Positions 28,577-37,653 of a stretch of DNA of 64,000 nucleotides are shown one piece after another. Within the stretch, counting starts at the first letter, position 1. Each line of letters starts with the position of its first letter. The notes under the pieces were generated by a model that saw only the letters and a program-made list of their open reading frames with translations, made no database searches and was not told the DNA's origin. Position numbers and translations under genes: made by a program. The DNA comes from Calditrichia bacterium (GTDB lineage: Bacteria; Calditrichota; Calditrichia; JAJRVZ01), in NCBI GenBank assembly GCA_963796965.1, contig CAWCNS010000003.1, positions 1 to 64,000 on the forward strand. Reading direction: 5' to 3'.

Positions 28577-30262
28577 CTAATTCTCAAGCGCCGGGCGCAT
28601 ATCTTCAATCACTAACTGAAGATTTTGTTTCCCATTCCATAGATTTATTGATGGTTTAAATACAATGTCAACCCTCTGGTTAAATGTAATTGCATTCTTT
28701 AAATCACCTCTACGCCACCAGACACACTCAAAATCCCGATTTCCAATTTGCACGACTATTTTTATATGCTTTCCCTGACTTAAAGAGAACATATCCTTAA
28801 TTCGAGCCTTTTTCAACAGGAGCAATGGTTCAGGATTTTTTTCTCCAAAAGGCCCAATCTCAGAAATTAATTGAACCAGAGAGTTATTTAACTGCTCAGA
28901 TTGAATTATAGAGTCTATAATCAATTTGGAGCGTAATGGCTGGTCGGTTAGTGAGGTACTTGCAAACTTAGTAAATAATTCAATAAATTTATCCATATTT
29001 TCTTCTGTAATTGTTAGACCGGCGGCTTTATGATGACCACCATAAGTAACATACAACTCACTAAATCGGCTTAATGCCTCCGTCATGTGGAAACTATCCG
29101 TACTGCGGCCGGAACCAACATAGTTACCATCATTATCCTTAGAAAAAGCAATCACAGGTCGGTTATACAAGTCTTTTAATCGCCCGGAGACAATCCCAAT
29201 TAACCCGGTATCCCAATTATCAGATTTGACAATGTAGGCTGAATGATCCAGTATCCCTGTCTCCTCGACAAGTGCAATTGCCTGTTGTATATATTCTTCC
29301 TGAAGTTTTTGTCTCTCTTTGTTCAATGAATTTAGACGATTTGCAATTTCTGCAGCTTCTTCTCTTGTTTCACTGAGTAATAATTTGGTAGCAATTTCTG
29401 CATTTCGGAGACGACCTGCTACATTGAGGCGGGGAGCCATATAAAACCCAACAGAAGTGGTTGTAACTTCTTTCCCAATCAGGCCGGCAACACGCTTTAA
29501 CTCCACAATTCCCGGACGAAGTGTTTGATTTAAGCTCTTTAGACCCAATTTTACCAGATAGTAGTTTTCATCTTTCAAAGGTACAACATCAGCAATAGTA
29601 GCCAATGCTACTAAATCTAAATGCATGAGCATAAAATGTTTAAAGTCATCTTCAGTAAAAAGAGAAGGCCCGATTGCATGAAAGAATTTATAAACAACCC
29701 CTGCTCCACAAAGTCCTTTAAATGGATACAAGCAATTTTTTCTATTGGGATTCACCACAGCGTGGGCGTTTGGTAGTTCGCCTTCCTGAATATGATGATC
29801 AAAGATGATAACATCTATTCCCGCTCGATTGGCCAAATTAACCGCTTCTACAGAAGTAATACCGTTATCAACGGTAATCAATAAATCAGTTTTAAGTTCC
29901 CTTGCCTTGTCAATGCCTCTCGCTTTAAGACCATAGCCATCCTCCTGACGATTAGGTAATATGTAATGCACCGGAACATTTAATTTGTTAAAAAATTTTA
30001 CCATTAAGGTTGTGGAAACTACGCCATCCACATCATAATCACCAAATATTGTTATAGATTCCTTTTCTTTTATTGCTTCTTGAATTCGTTTAATCGCCTT
30101 ATCCATATCTCTTAACAGGAAAGGATCATGTAATTTATCAGACAACTTAAACTCTTCAAGTTGATCTCTGGAGAGCCCCCTGTTTTTTAAGAGAACATCA
30201 ATAATTGGTGTATTTGGATCTGCGTTTAAAATTTCCCAGTCTGTAAGTGGGAGTATACTCAT
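28577..30262 (-). CDS. recJ: ssDNA 5'-3' exonuclease RecJ
   Basis: GDYDVDG, PNR..DGYG, TVDNG, DHH, ATIADVVPL, PRLN.AGRL, GSGRS, GGH..AAG, PFG..NPEP. Confidence 0.97.
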   Translation of the reverse strand: MSILPLTDWEILNADPNTPIIDVLLKNRGLSRDQLEEFKLSDKLHDPFLLRDMDKAIKRIQEAIKEKESITIFGDYDVDGVVSTTLMVKFFNKLNVPVHYILPNRQEDGYGLKARGIDKARELKTDLLITVDNGITSVEAVNLANRAGIDVIIFDHHIQEGELPNAHAVVNPNRKNCLYPFKGLCGAGVVYKFFHAIGPSLFTEDDFKHFMLMHLDLVALATIADVVPLKDENYYLVKLGLKSLNQTLRPGIVELKRVAGLIGKEVTTTSVGFYMAPRLNVAGRLRNAEIATKLLLSETREEAAEIANRLNSLNKERQKLQEEYIQQAIALVEETGILDHSAYIVKSDNWDTGLIGIVSGRLKDLYNRPVIAFSKDNDGNYVGSGRSTDSFHMTEALSRFSELYVTYGGHHKAAGLTITEENMDKFIELFTKFASTSLTDQPLRSKLIIDSIIQSEQLNNSLVQLISEIGPFGEKNPEPLLLLKKARIKDMFSLSQGKHIKIVVQIGNRDFECVWWRRGDLKNAITFNQRVDIVFKPSINLWNGKQNLQLVIEDMRPALEN

Positions 30263-30406
30263 ATGTTTTAAAACCTTTCTTTATGCAAGAGAATAATCCC
30301 GATATATTGGTCAGATCTCAAGACTTTATTTGGTAAGCCTGTTTATTAGGATATATAATTTTGATTAAGGAACATTGTTATCCAAAGGTTATCAAGGTAG
30401 TCAAAC

Positions 30407-33379
30407 TTATACTTTCAAATCTTTAAGAAAAGGAGATGATTCGTGCTCCCACCCACCCCGGTTTTTCACAGCAGTTAAAACAAGCTCAGATTTTGCTCTT
30501 GTCATTCCTACATAGAATAATCGTCGTTGCTCTTCCAATTTTTTAGGAATAGGTCTATCGTCTTCCTCATCTTCTCTTAAAGCATGAAATCCGGGCATGT
30601 TTTTGTTTTCCATACCCATTAATATAACCTTCTCGAATTCCAATCCTTTAGCCGCATGATAAGTCAAGAGAGAGACTGCATCAATATTTTCTAATTGATC
30701 CTGAGCGCTATTCAAAGATAAATAACTCAAAAAACTTGATACCGCTTCTTCAAAGGTCATTTTTTCGTACTGCTCTGCCAACAGTTTTATCTTTTCAATG
30801 ATATGCTCATTATTGTGATAAGCTATTAATCTTGGGTTTAATTCATGCAACTTTTCACGGATCTTTTCTATTAAAGAATCCTGATCTTCATTAAAAACTT
30901 TCGAATAATCATTGCGAATTTTAGAATAGGCAGTTTGAATTTTTCTACCCCCTGCCACAAAAAACAAGCGGTCCTCAGTTCCAATAATAGTATCTTCCAG
31001 GTAGTTACCTAACGCAACGATATCTATAAACATTTCCAGCGACGTTAACTGTCCAATTTGCATTTTTGAAGATTGAAGCACTTGCATTATCTTCACCAGC
31101 ACGATTACATCATCTAATGCCCGGTGACGCTGATCCGCCTGCAGATTAAAACGTTGCATCAATGCATCGATTGAATTGGATTCACCCGGAAACAAATAAC
31201 GCGCAGTTACCAGACTATCTATCCGTATATTACCTAATTTTTTTCCATTTATTTTTTTTGAAAATCGATCAAGAATGGGAAAATCAAAATTGTACCCATT
31301 ATGTGCTATGAGAATTGCATCGCCAATAAATTCAAGAAATTTAGACCAAACCATTTCAATTGTTGGGGCATCTTTTACATCCTCAACTGAAATGTGGTGC
31401 ACTTTTTCAGCACCTTTGGAAATAGGCATTTGCGGATTTATCAGAGAGTTAAATTTATCTACAATTGTTTCTCCTTCAACCCGAACTGCTGCAATCTCAA
31501 CAATACCACAGGAATATTTATCTTTATCTGTAGTTTCTAAATCCAGGACGATATAATTCTGAATAGGCGGTTTATCACTTTTTGAAGAATACCATTGTAA
31601 AAATTTGAAAAGATTGCTCAGTATACCTTGTCTTCTATCAACCTTTAAGGAATAAACAGGAATTTCATTGATAGCCTTTATCTTCTCTGGTAAAGGAGAT
31701 AATGAGATCAAGACATCATCTGCTGATAAGGACAAAGTTTTGGTCGTATCATTCAAGCATTCAACGTATTTTCCGAATACGGATCTGATTAATTCTGACC
31801 CCAAAAATGCCAGCCTGGGATCATCATGAAAAATAAAAAGATTCCGGCTTTCCAGATCAATGTTCTTCCCATCAAAATAGACATCAATCTTTGAAAAATC
31901 TTCCAACACATTTTTGTACTGTAGCAGGTAGGACTGCGCCTGGGAAGCCATTTCCAAACTTATTTCATTTAGCATTTGATTAAATGTGTAAAATTCTTTC
32001 AAATTTACCAGATTAGCAATGTGGGCAATAAATATTCGAATTTTGAGTAGAGAATCGTATGTCAATTTCCCATTTTCTTCTACATAAAATTTGTACAATA
32101 TTTTACGAAAATCCGATCTTTCCCTTTGAGCCATCTGTTTTATCAATCCAAAAAGGGACTCACCTAACTCCAGCCTGGCTAATTCTTCAAGACTGACCGG
32201 ATCATTGGGATTACGTATGAGTTTTAGATGGAGGACAATACGTTTTACTAATGGATGGTCAAGTATGCTCTTCCCTGTTGCCATTTGGTACGGGATTTCT
32301 CCTTTAATTATAAATTGTTCGAGTCCCTGCCCTATATTATGAAATGGATAAATTATTGCCATTTCTTTATAGGGGACATCCTGATCAGCCCATTCCTGTA
32401 TCTTTTGTAAAATAAATTCTACTTCTTCTTTCTCATGAAAGAAAAATTTCATGTCAATGGCATTTGACTTATCTTCATTGACAATCATTTTTTTTTGTGG
32501 TTCAATTCTATCCGTTCTGGCGATTATCCTCTGCGCATTGCTTAATATACTCTCGCCATTGCGATAATTGATATCAAGATATATAGGGTTCTCAATACCA
32601 AAATCTGTCATATATCGTTTGATATTTTCCGGATTTGCACCCCGCCAGGAATAAATCGATTGGTCATCATCTGCAACAACAAATATATTTTTACTTTTCT
32701 CTGCAAGCATCCGCACAATATCATATTGTAATGGATCAGAATCCTGAAATTCATCAACCAGGATAGCAGGATATAAATGCTGATACTCATCGCAGATATC
32801 TGGCTGTTCCTTTAGTAGTTTCAGGCAGAGTCCAATAATCTGATCAAAATCAATTAAATTATGTTTACTCAGATGATTTTCATATTCAACAAATCTTTCC
32901 CTTGCGAAATTTGATAGCGCTTTGCCCTGGCTTCTGTAATTTGAGAATGACAACAAAATAGCCTGAACTTTAACATCAATGTTCTCTTTGATGTAGGGGC
33001 TGCACAGTCTCACCAGAACCCGGTGTTGATAATCCTGATCACAGACAGAAAAAAACGGGTTTAATTGTAGACGCGAATGATATCTTCGTAATATGTCCAA
33101 TGCAAATGCATGGAAAGTACTGCAATAAACATCCTTACCGTGCTGCCCTATCAGGTTGATCAGGCGTGTACTCATTTCACTTGCTGCTTTATTCGTAAAT
33201 GTCAGAGCGAGGATTTGCTCTACAGGGATATTATAATTTTCAGTTAGCCAGGCAATCCGAGTTGTTATCACCATAGTCTTACCCGTACCTGGCCCGGCAA
33301 TCGTCAGCACAGGCTCCAATGGTTTTTGGACCGCTTCAATTTGTTTTTGATTTAACGATGATAATAATTGATTAATCAT
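30407..33379 (-). CDS. UvrD/PcrA-family SF1A helicase with inserted DEDDh (DnaQ-like) 3'-5' exonuclease
   Basis: AGPGTGKT, TFTNKAA, DEFQD, DDDQSIYSWRGA, NYR, TYHAAKGLEF, EEQRRLFYVGMTRA; insert has VLDLETT, AHNGYNFD, HRALDD. Confidence 0.93.
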   Translation of the reverse strand: MINQLLSSLNQKQIEAVQKPLEPVLTIAGPGTGKTMVITTRIAWLTENYNIPVEQILALTFTNKAASEMSTRLINLIGQHGKDVYCSTFHAFALDILRRYHSRLQLNPFFSVCDQDYQHRVLVRLCSPYIKENIDVKVQAILLSFSNYRSQGKALSNFARERFVEYENHLSKHNLIDFDQIIGLCLKLLKEQPDICDEYQHLYPAILVDEFQDSDPLQYDIVRMLAEKSKNIFVVADDDQSIYSWRGANPENIKRYMTDFGIENPIYLDINYRNGESILSNAQRIIARTDRIEPQKKMIVNEDKSNAIDMKFFFHEKEEVEFILQKIQEWADQDVPYKEMAIIYPFHNIGQGLEQFIIKGEIPYQMATGKSILDHPLVKRIVLHLKLIRNPNDPVSLEELARLELGESLFGLIKQMAQRERSDFRKILYKFYVEENGKLTYDSLLKIRIFIAHIANLVNLKEFYTFNQMLNEISLEMASQAQSYLLQYKNVLEDFSKIDVYFDGKNIDLESRNLFIFHDDPRLAFLGSELIRSVFGKYVECLNDTTKTLSLSADDVLISLSPLPEKIKAINEIPVYSLKVDRRQGILSNLFKFLQWYSSKSDKPPIQNYIVLDLETTDKDKYSCGIVEIAAVRVEGETIVDKFNSLINPQMPISKGAEKVHHISVEDVKDAPTIEMVWSKFLEFIGDAILIAHNGYNFDFPILDRFSKKINGKKLGNIRIDSLVTARYLFPGESNSIDALMQRFNLQADQRHRALDDVIVLVKIMQVLQSSKMQIGQLTSLEMFIDIVALGNYLEDTIIGTEDRLFFVAGGRKIQTAYSKIRNDYSKVFNEDQDSLIEKIREKLHELNPRLIAYHNNEHIIEKIKLLAEQYEKMTFEEAVSSFLSYLSLNSAQDQLENIDAVSLLTYHAAKGLEFEKVILMGMENKNMPGFHALREDEEDDRPIPKKLEEQRRLFYVGMTRAKSELVLTAVKNRGGWEHESSPFLKDLKV

Positions 33380-33527
33380 GGTAATTTATGTTTAACTGTA
33401 TGACTTAAGGTAATCATTTAAACAGACTTTGCGCAAAAGCACTTATTACAATTTGAATAATCTTATTAATTATTAAGAGAGCAAAAATCGGGCCTTAAAG
33501 ATTGAAGAAGATGGGACTATATGATGG

Positions 33528-33971
33528 TTAAGTGCTGAGGAACTCTCCAGGTTGCAGGGTGTTAATCGTGTATTCTTGGTCGCGGTAAATTTTATATCGA
33601 TGACGACTAGCTTCCAGGGCTGGTGTATCATATTTTTCGGCAAAATCTATAATTTTCGGAAACTTATCCAATACTTCGATTGGAAGTGGATCATGTAATA
33701 GGAGTGTATCATAGTTAGCCGCAGTTTCAATATTATTTGTCAATACCACCGGTTCAGCCTGGGCCTCTTTTAAAGATTCAAGATATTTATGTGGGATAAA
33801 ACTCTGCTGTTTCCACGTCCATAACATAGTATCAAGAGCCGCACAGGTTTCACTTTTTTCAGTATATATAACAAGACGTCTACTATCGAGGTAACATTTT
33901 TCAGCAAGATCGCACACAATACGCGATTTAATAGCACTATTTAGAACAATAAATGAGACTTTCTCAGACAT
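33528..33971 (-). CDS. holC: DNA polymerase III chi subunit
   Basis: C.LAEK, LDTMLWTW...SFIPH, PVVL, SRHRYKIYR. Confidence 0.85.
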   Translation of the reverse strand: MSEKVSFIVLNSAIKSRIVCDLAEKCYLDSRRLVIYTEKSETCAALDTMLWTWKQQSFIPHKYLESLKEAQAEPVVLTNNIETAANYDTLLLHDPLPIEVLDKFPKIIDFAEKYDTPALEASRHRYKIYRDQEYTINTLQPGEFLST

Positions 33972-33974
33972 TAA

Positions 33975-34592
33975 TTAAAATCTCCTGCCAATCTCAAAAC
34001 GAAGCTCAAACATAGTGTGATTTTTTGTTTCACCTATCCGCTGTGAGAATGGAATTATCCGGTATTGACCGCGAACTCCAACAAAATATTTTTTATCAAA
34101 TGTAATATCTGCTCCACCCCCGACGAATCCACCTATTGACCATTCATACTGGTCTGCCAATCTATCATCCTCAGGAAAGTTCATCCCAAAGACAGGACCA
34201 AACCCACCGGTGAGAAACGGCCGAAAACTATCATCCAAATCCTCCGCAAAAAGCCGTCGTTTGACGGTAAATTGAAGGTCAAAAATATAGACGTTATTAA
34301 TTTTATTCATTTGGTAAACGCCGCCATAATAAGGGTCTGCATATTCGATCTGTTTTGAGTCCCTGATAAAAAAAGCATCAATAGCGATACCCGCATGAAA
34401 CAAACTACCAAATGGCAGGGCAAAAAAAGCACCTGCACCGGATCCAGATTCAGCCATGGTAAATACTAACCCGGCTTCTGTTGTAATTTTTTCAAATTTT
34501 TCCTTAGAATAGGTATTTCGATCATCTTGTGCCAGAGCAGTAGAAAAGATGATCATCATTATGATGATCACACTTAGGATATTCTTTTTCAT
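33975..34592 (-). CDS. Outer-membrane beta-barrel protein
   Basis: Signal peptide (ALA|Q), alternating beta-strand pattern, RPFLTGGFG, terminal Phe. Confidence 0.75.
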   Translation of the reverse strand: MKKNILSVIIIMMIIFSTALAQDDRNTYSKEKFEKITTEAGLVFTMAESGSGAGAFFALPFGSLFHAGIAIDAFFIRDSKQIEYADPYYGGVYQMNKINNVYIFDLQFTVKRRLFAEDLDDSFRPFLTGGFGPVFGMNFPEDDRLADQYEWSIGGFVGGGADITFDKKYFVGVRGQYRIIPFSQRIGETKNHTMFELRFEIGRRF

Positions 34593-35894
34593 TTAATTTA
34601 CCTCTCTTTCCTTATGGTAGGCCATTCTCAAGAGTGAGACCGGGTGGATGACCTTAACTGGCATTTTAAATTTCTTTGCACCGTAAATAATTTGGATCAT
34701 ACATCCGGGATTTCCGGTTACAATCCATTCTGCTCCAGTTGCCCTGATATTATCCATTTTTCTTTTCAGCACTTGCATTGCATCATCATATCGAATAATG
34801 TTATATATACCGGCACTACCACAACACCAACTTGCTTCGTTCAGTTCTGTATATTGAACACCTTTTATACTCTCAATAATCTGTCGTGGTTGTTTACTAA
34901 TCTTTTGAGTATGCACCAAATGACAAGGGTCATGATAGGTTACTTTTAAGTCATCAACTATTTCAGGAATTTTCCAGTCATTCTCAGCCAAAAATTCCAT
35001 GATATCCTTTACTTTAGAAGAAAACGTTTTGGCCCTAACCTTATATTCCTCATCATTGGCTAACAAGGATTCGTATTCCTTCATATACGCCCCACAACCC
35101 GCAGAGTTCAATACAATAAAATCTACTTTAGCCTTGTTAAAAATATCTATCATTTTTTTTGCTAACATTTTAGCCGTTTTCAGGTCACCATTATGACCAT
35201 GGACGGAACCACAACATATTTCCTCCCGAGGAATAAAAACCTGATAGCCATTTTCTTCCAGCACATCGATGGTATCCTGATTTACATCCCGGAAAAAAAT
35301 ATCCTGAACACATCCTTTCAGAATTCCAACTCTTATTCCTTTACCTTCTTTTTTAACCATATTACTTACAATATAGTCTTTCCTCTTGGGAACAAAAGGT
35401 GCCATAGATGACATTTCCTTAATTTTCTTTGGAAAGAGATTCAGGATTCCACTTGATTGAATTAGCTTTTCCAATCCACTAATCTGATAAATGCGAATTA
35501 GATCTGAAAGCTGCTTCAATCGCGTCAAGTCAAGAAATAACCAGTTGATTATTCGCTGCCGCCAGGTGGGTTTTCCTCTTTTGATACGCTCAGTCGCAGC
35601 GATCTGTAGCTGAGCTGCCTCCACCAAATGGCCATACTGAACACCTGCAGGACAAGCAGTGACACAGGCCTGGCAATTCAGACAAAATTCTATTGATTCT
35701 TTAAACTTGTCCGTTATTTCAAGATGTCCATCAGCTACAGCCCTAATCATATGTATTCTACCACGAGGAGAATTTATTTCAAGTCCGGTTAATTGGTAAG
35801 TTGGACAGGTTGGCAAACACATGCCACAATGCATACAATTTATAAGCTGATCGTAGCTAGGTAGTGGTGCTTCATTAATAAAATTAGTTGACAT
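34593..35894 (-). CDS. glcF: GlcF-like Fe-S subunit of glycolate/lactate dehydrogenase
   Basis: CMHCGMCLPTCPTY, SPRGRI, CLNCQACVTACPAGV, two CCG domains, YHDPCHL, NPGC. Confidence 0.88.
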   Translation of the reverse strand: MSTNFINEAPLPSYDQLINCMHCGMCLPTCPTYQLTGLEINSPRGRIHMIRAVADGHLEITDKFKESIEFCLNCQACVTACPAGVQYGHLVEAAQLQIAATERIKRGKPTWRQRIINWLFLDLTRLKQLSDLIRIYQISGLEKLIQSSGILNLFPKKIKEMSSMAPFVPKRKDYIVSNMVKKEGKGIRVGILKGCVQDIFFRDVNQDTIDVLEENGYQVFIPREEICCGSVHGHNGDLKTAKMLAKKMIDIFNKAKVDFIVLNSAGCGAYMKEYESLLANDEEYKVRAKTFSSKVKDIMEFLAENDWKIPEIVDDLKVTYHDPCHLVHTQKISKQPRQIIESIKGVQYTELNEASWCCGSAGIYNIIRYDDAMQVLKRKMDNIRATGAEWIVTGNPGCMIQIIYGAKKFKMPVKVIHPVSLLRMAYHKEREVN

Positions 35895-35967
35895 ATATAT
35901 TACAGGCAGAGATATTATCTGTATCAGATTCCATGGTATTATTTATTATAAAATGCAAATTATAGAT

Positions 35968-37398
35968 TCAATGCCTTGAAGGCTCTTTGTGTAACTTTCC
36001 TTCACATTTTGGGGCGTGAGAAATAATTTTACCAGGATTTAAGACGTTATTGGGATCCCAGGCAGATTTTATTTTCCTCATTGCATCTAGAGCAGGAACC
36101 TCAATCATCTTCTCTAAAAATCCTTTTTTTGCAAGACCAACGCCATGCTCTCCCGTAATGGTTCCACCAAGTTTTATGGTCTCATCATAGATCTCATTAA
36201 AGGCTTTTTCCACTCTTTTAATCTCTTCTTTGTCACGTTCATCTGTCAGGCAGGTAGGATGAAGGTTTCCATCACCGGCATGACCAAAATTGCCGATCTG
36301 TAAATTATACTTTTTTGAAATCTGATCAATCTTTTCAACCAAGCTAGCCAGGTTCGACCGGGGGACCGTTGCATCTTCTAAAATTGTTGTCGGTTTAATG
36401 CGGGCGAGAGAAGCGAATGCTGCTCTCCTTGCAGTTTTTAAATTAAGGGCTTCACTTTCGTCATTGGCAATTTTTATCTCCCGGGCCCCTTTGCGTTTAC
36501 AAACAGTTTTAATCGTTTCCACATCACGATTTACGACTTCTTCCGGACCATCCACTTCCAGTAATAAAAGTGCACTAATGTCTATGGGTAATCCGAGCTT
36601 GGCATAACTTTCCACCGCCCGAACTGTTGTGTTATCCAAAAATTCAACAGTACATGGAATAATATGATTTGCGATTATTTCTGAAACTGATTCCGCCGCA
36701 TCTGTGAGTTTATCATAGTAGGCTAAAAGAGTTCGTGATGTTTCTGGTTTTGGAATTATTTTTAATAGCAATCTGGTAAATATGGCTAGGGTTCCCTCTG
36801 AGCCAACAACCAGATCACGCAAATTATAACCGGCCACATCCTTAACATTTTTACCACCATTGACAATCAACTCTCCATTGGGTAATACCATCTCGACACC
36901 CATGATATAATTTTTCGTCACACCATATTTTAACCCCCTTAGTCCACCAGCATTTTCGGCGACATTGCCACCAATAGTACAAATTTCCTGACTTCCCGGA
37001 TCGGGAGGATAAAATAGACCCAGATTCTCTACAGTACGATGAAGATTAGCGGTAATCACCCCTGGTTGCACCCAGGCAGTCAAATTATCACTATCAACTT
37101 CCAGGATGTTATCCCAATGATTAAATAATAAAATGATTGAATTTTCAACGGGTACAGAGCCACCACTCAGACCAGTACCACTTCCCCTTGGAACAACTGC
37201 AAAACCATCTTCATTTGCCATTTTTAAAATTTTAGAAACATCTTCAGCAGAATTTGGCTTGAGGATCGCTTCGGGTGCCTGTGATAATAACGGTGTACCA
37301 TCATAAGCATAAACCATTTTCTCCTCTGGGGAGTCAAAATAATTTTCTATTCCAACCAGATCTTTTAATCTTTGTTTAGTTTTATTATCCATAATCAT
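35968..37398 (-). CDS. glcD: GlcD-like FAD-linked oxidase subunit
   Basis: PRGSGTGLSGG, YPPDPGS, TIGGNVAENAGG..GLKYGVT, GSEGTL, GHAGDGNLH, GEHGVG, NPGK. Confidence 0.9.
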   Translation of the reverse strand: MIMDNKTKQRLKDLVGIENYFDSPEEKMVYAYDGTPLLSQAPEAILKPNSAEDVSKILKMANEDGFAVVPRGSGTGLSGGSVPVENSIILLFNHWDNILEVDSDNLTAWVQPGVITANLHRTVENLGLFYPPDPGSQEICTIGGNVAENAGGLRGLKYGVTKNYIMGVEMVLPNGELIVNGGKNVKDVAGYNLRDLVVGSEGTLAIFTRLLLKIIPKPETSRTLLAYYDKLTDAAESVSEIIANHIIPCTVEFLDNTTVRAVESYAKLGLPIDISALLLLEVDGPEEVVNRDVETIKTVCKRKGAREIKIANDESEALNLKTARRAAFASLARIKPTTILEDATVPRSNLASLVEKIDQISKKYNLQIGNFGHAGDGNLHPTCLTDERDKEEIKRVEKAFNEIYDETIKLGGTITGEHGVGLAKKGFLEKMIEVPALDAMRKIKSAWDPNNVLNPGKIISHAPKCEGKLHKEPSRH

Positions 37399-37550
37399 CC
37401 ACTTTCAATGAATATAAACTGAATCGCTTATGATTTCAAACAAAATATCGATCTAATATTTTATATTAAAATTCGGGAGGTGTTCGTTGAAGCAGTTTTG
37501 AGAGGAGATGACCCGCAACTGCTAAATGTCAATTTGAATTCATTAAATTT

Positions 37551-37588
37551 AAAAGAGATTCCCATCCATCTGCAAGAGAATCTCTTTA
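37551..37588 (-). terminator. Probable terminator hairpin downstream of lon
   Basis: aaagagattc...gaatctcttt inverted repeat. Confidence 0.5.
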
Positions 37589-37653
37589 ACTATATCGGTT
37601 CGAAAAAAATGTATCATCAATAAATTTAAGGTTCCCAATATCCTAAATTAAAA

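Noticed and set aside
37470..37525. GC-richer stem (agcagtt...aactgct) upstream of glcD as a riboswitch
   Set aside because: No riboswitch consensus recognised; would need an Rfam search
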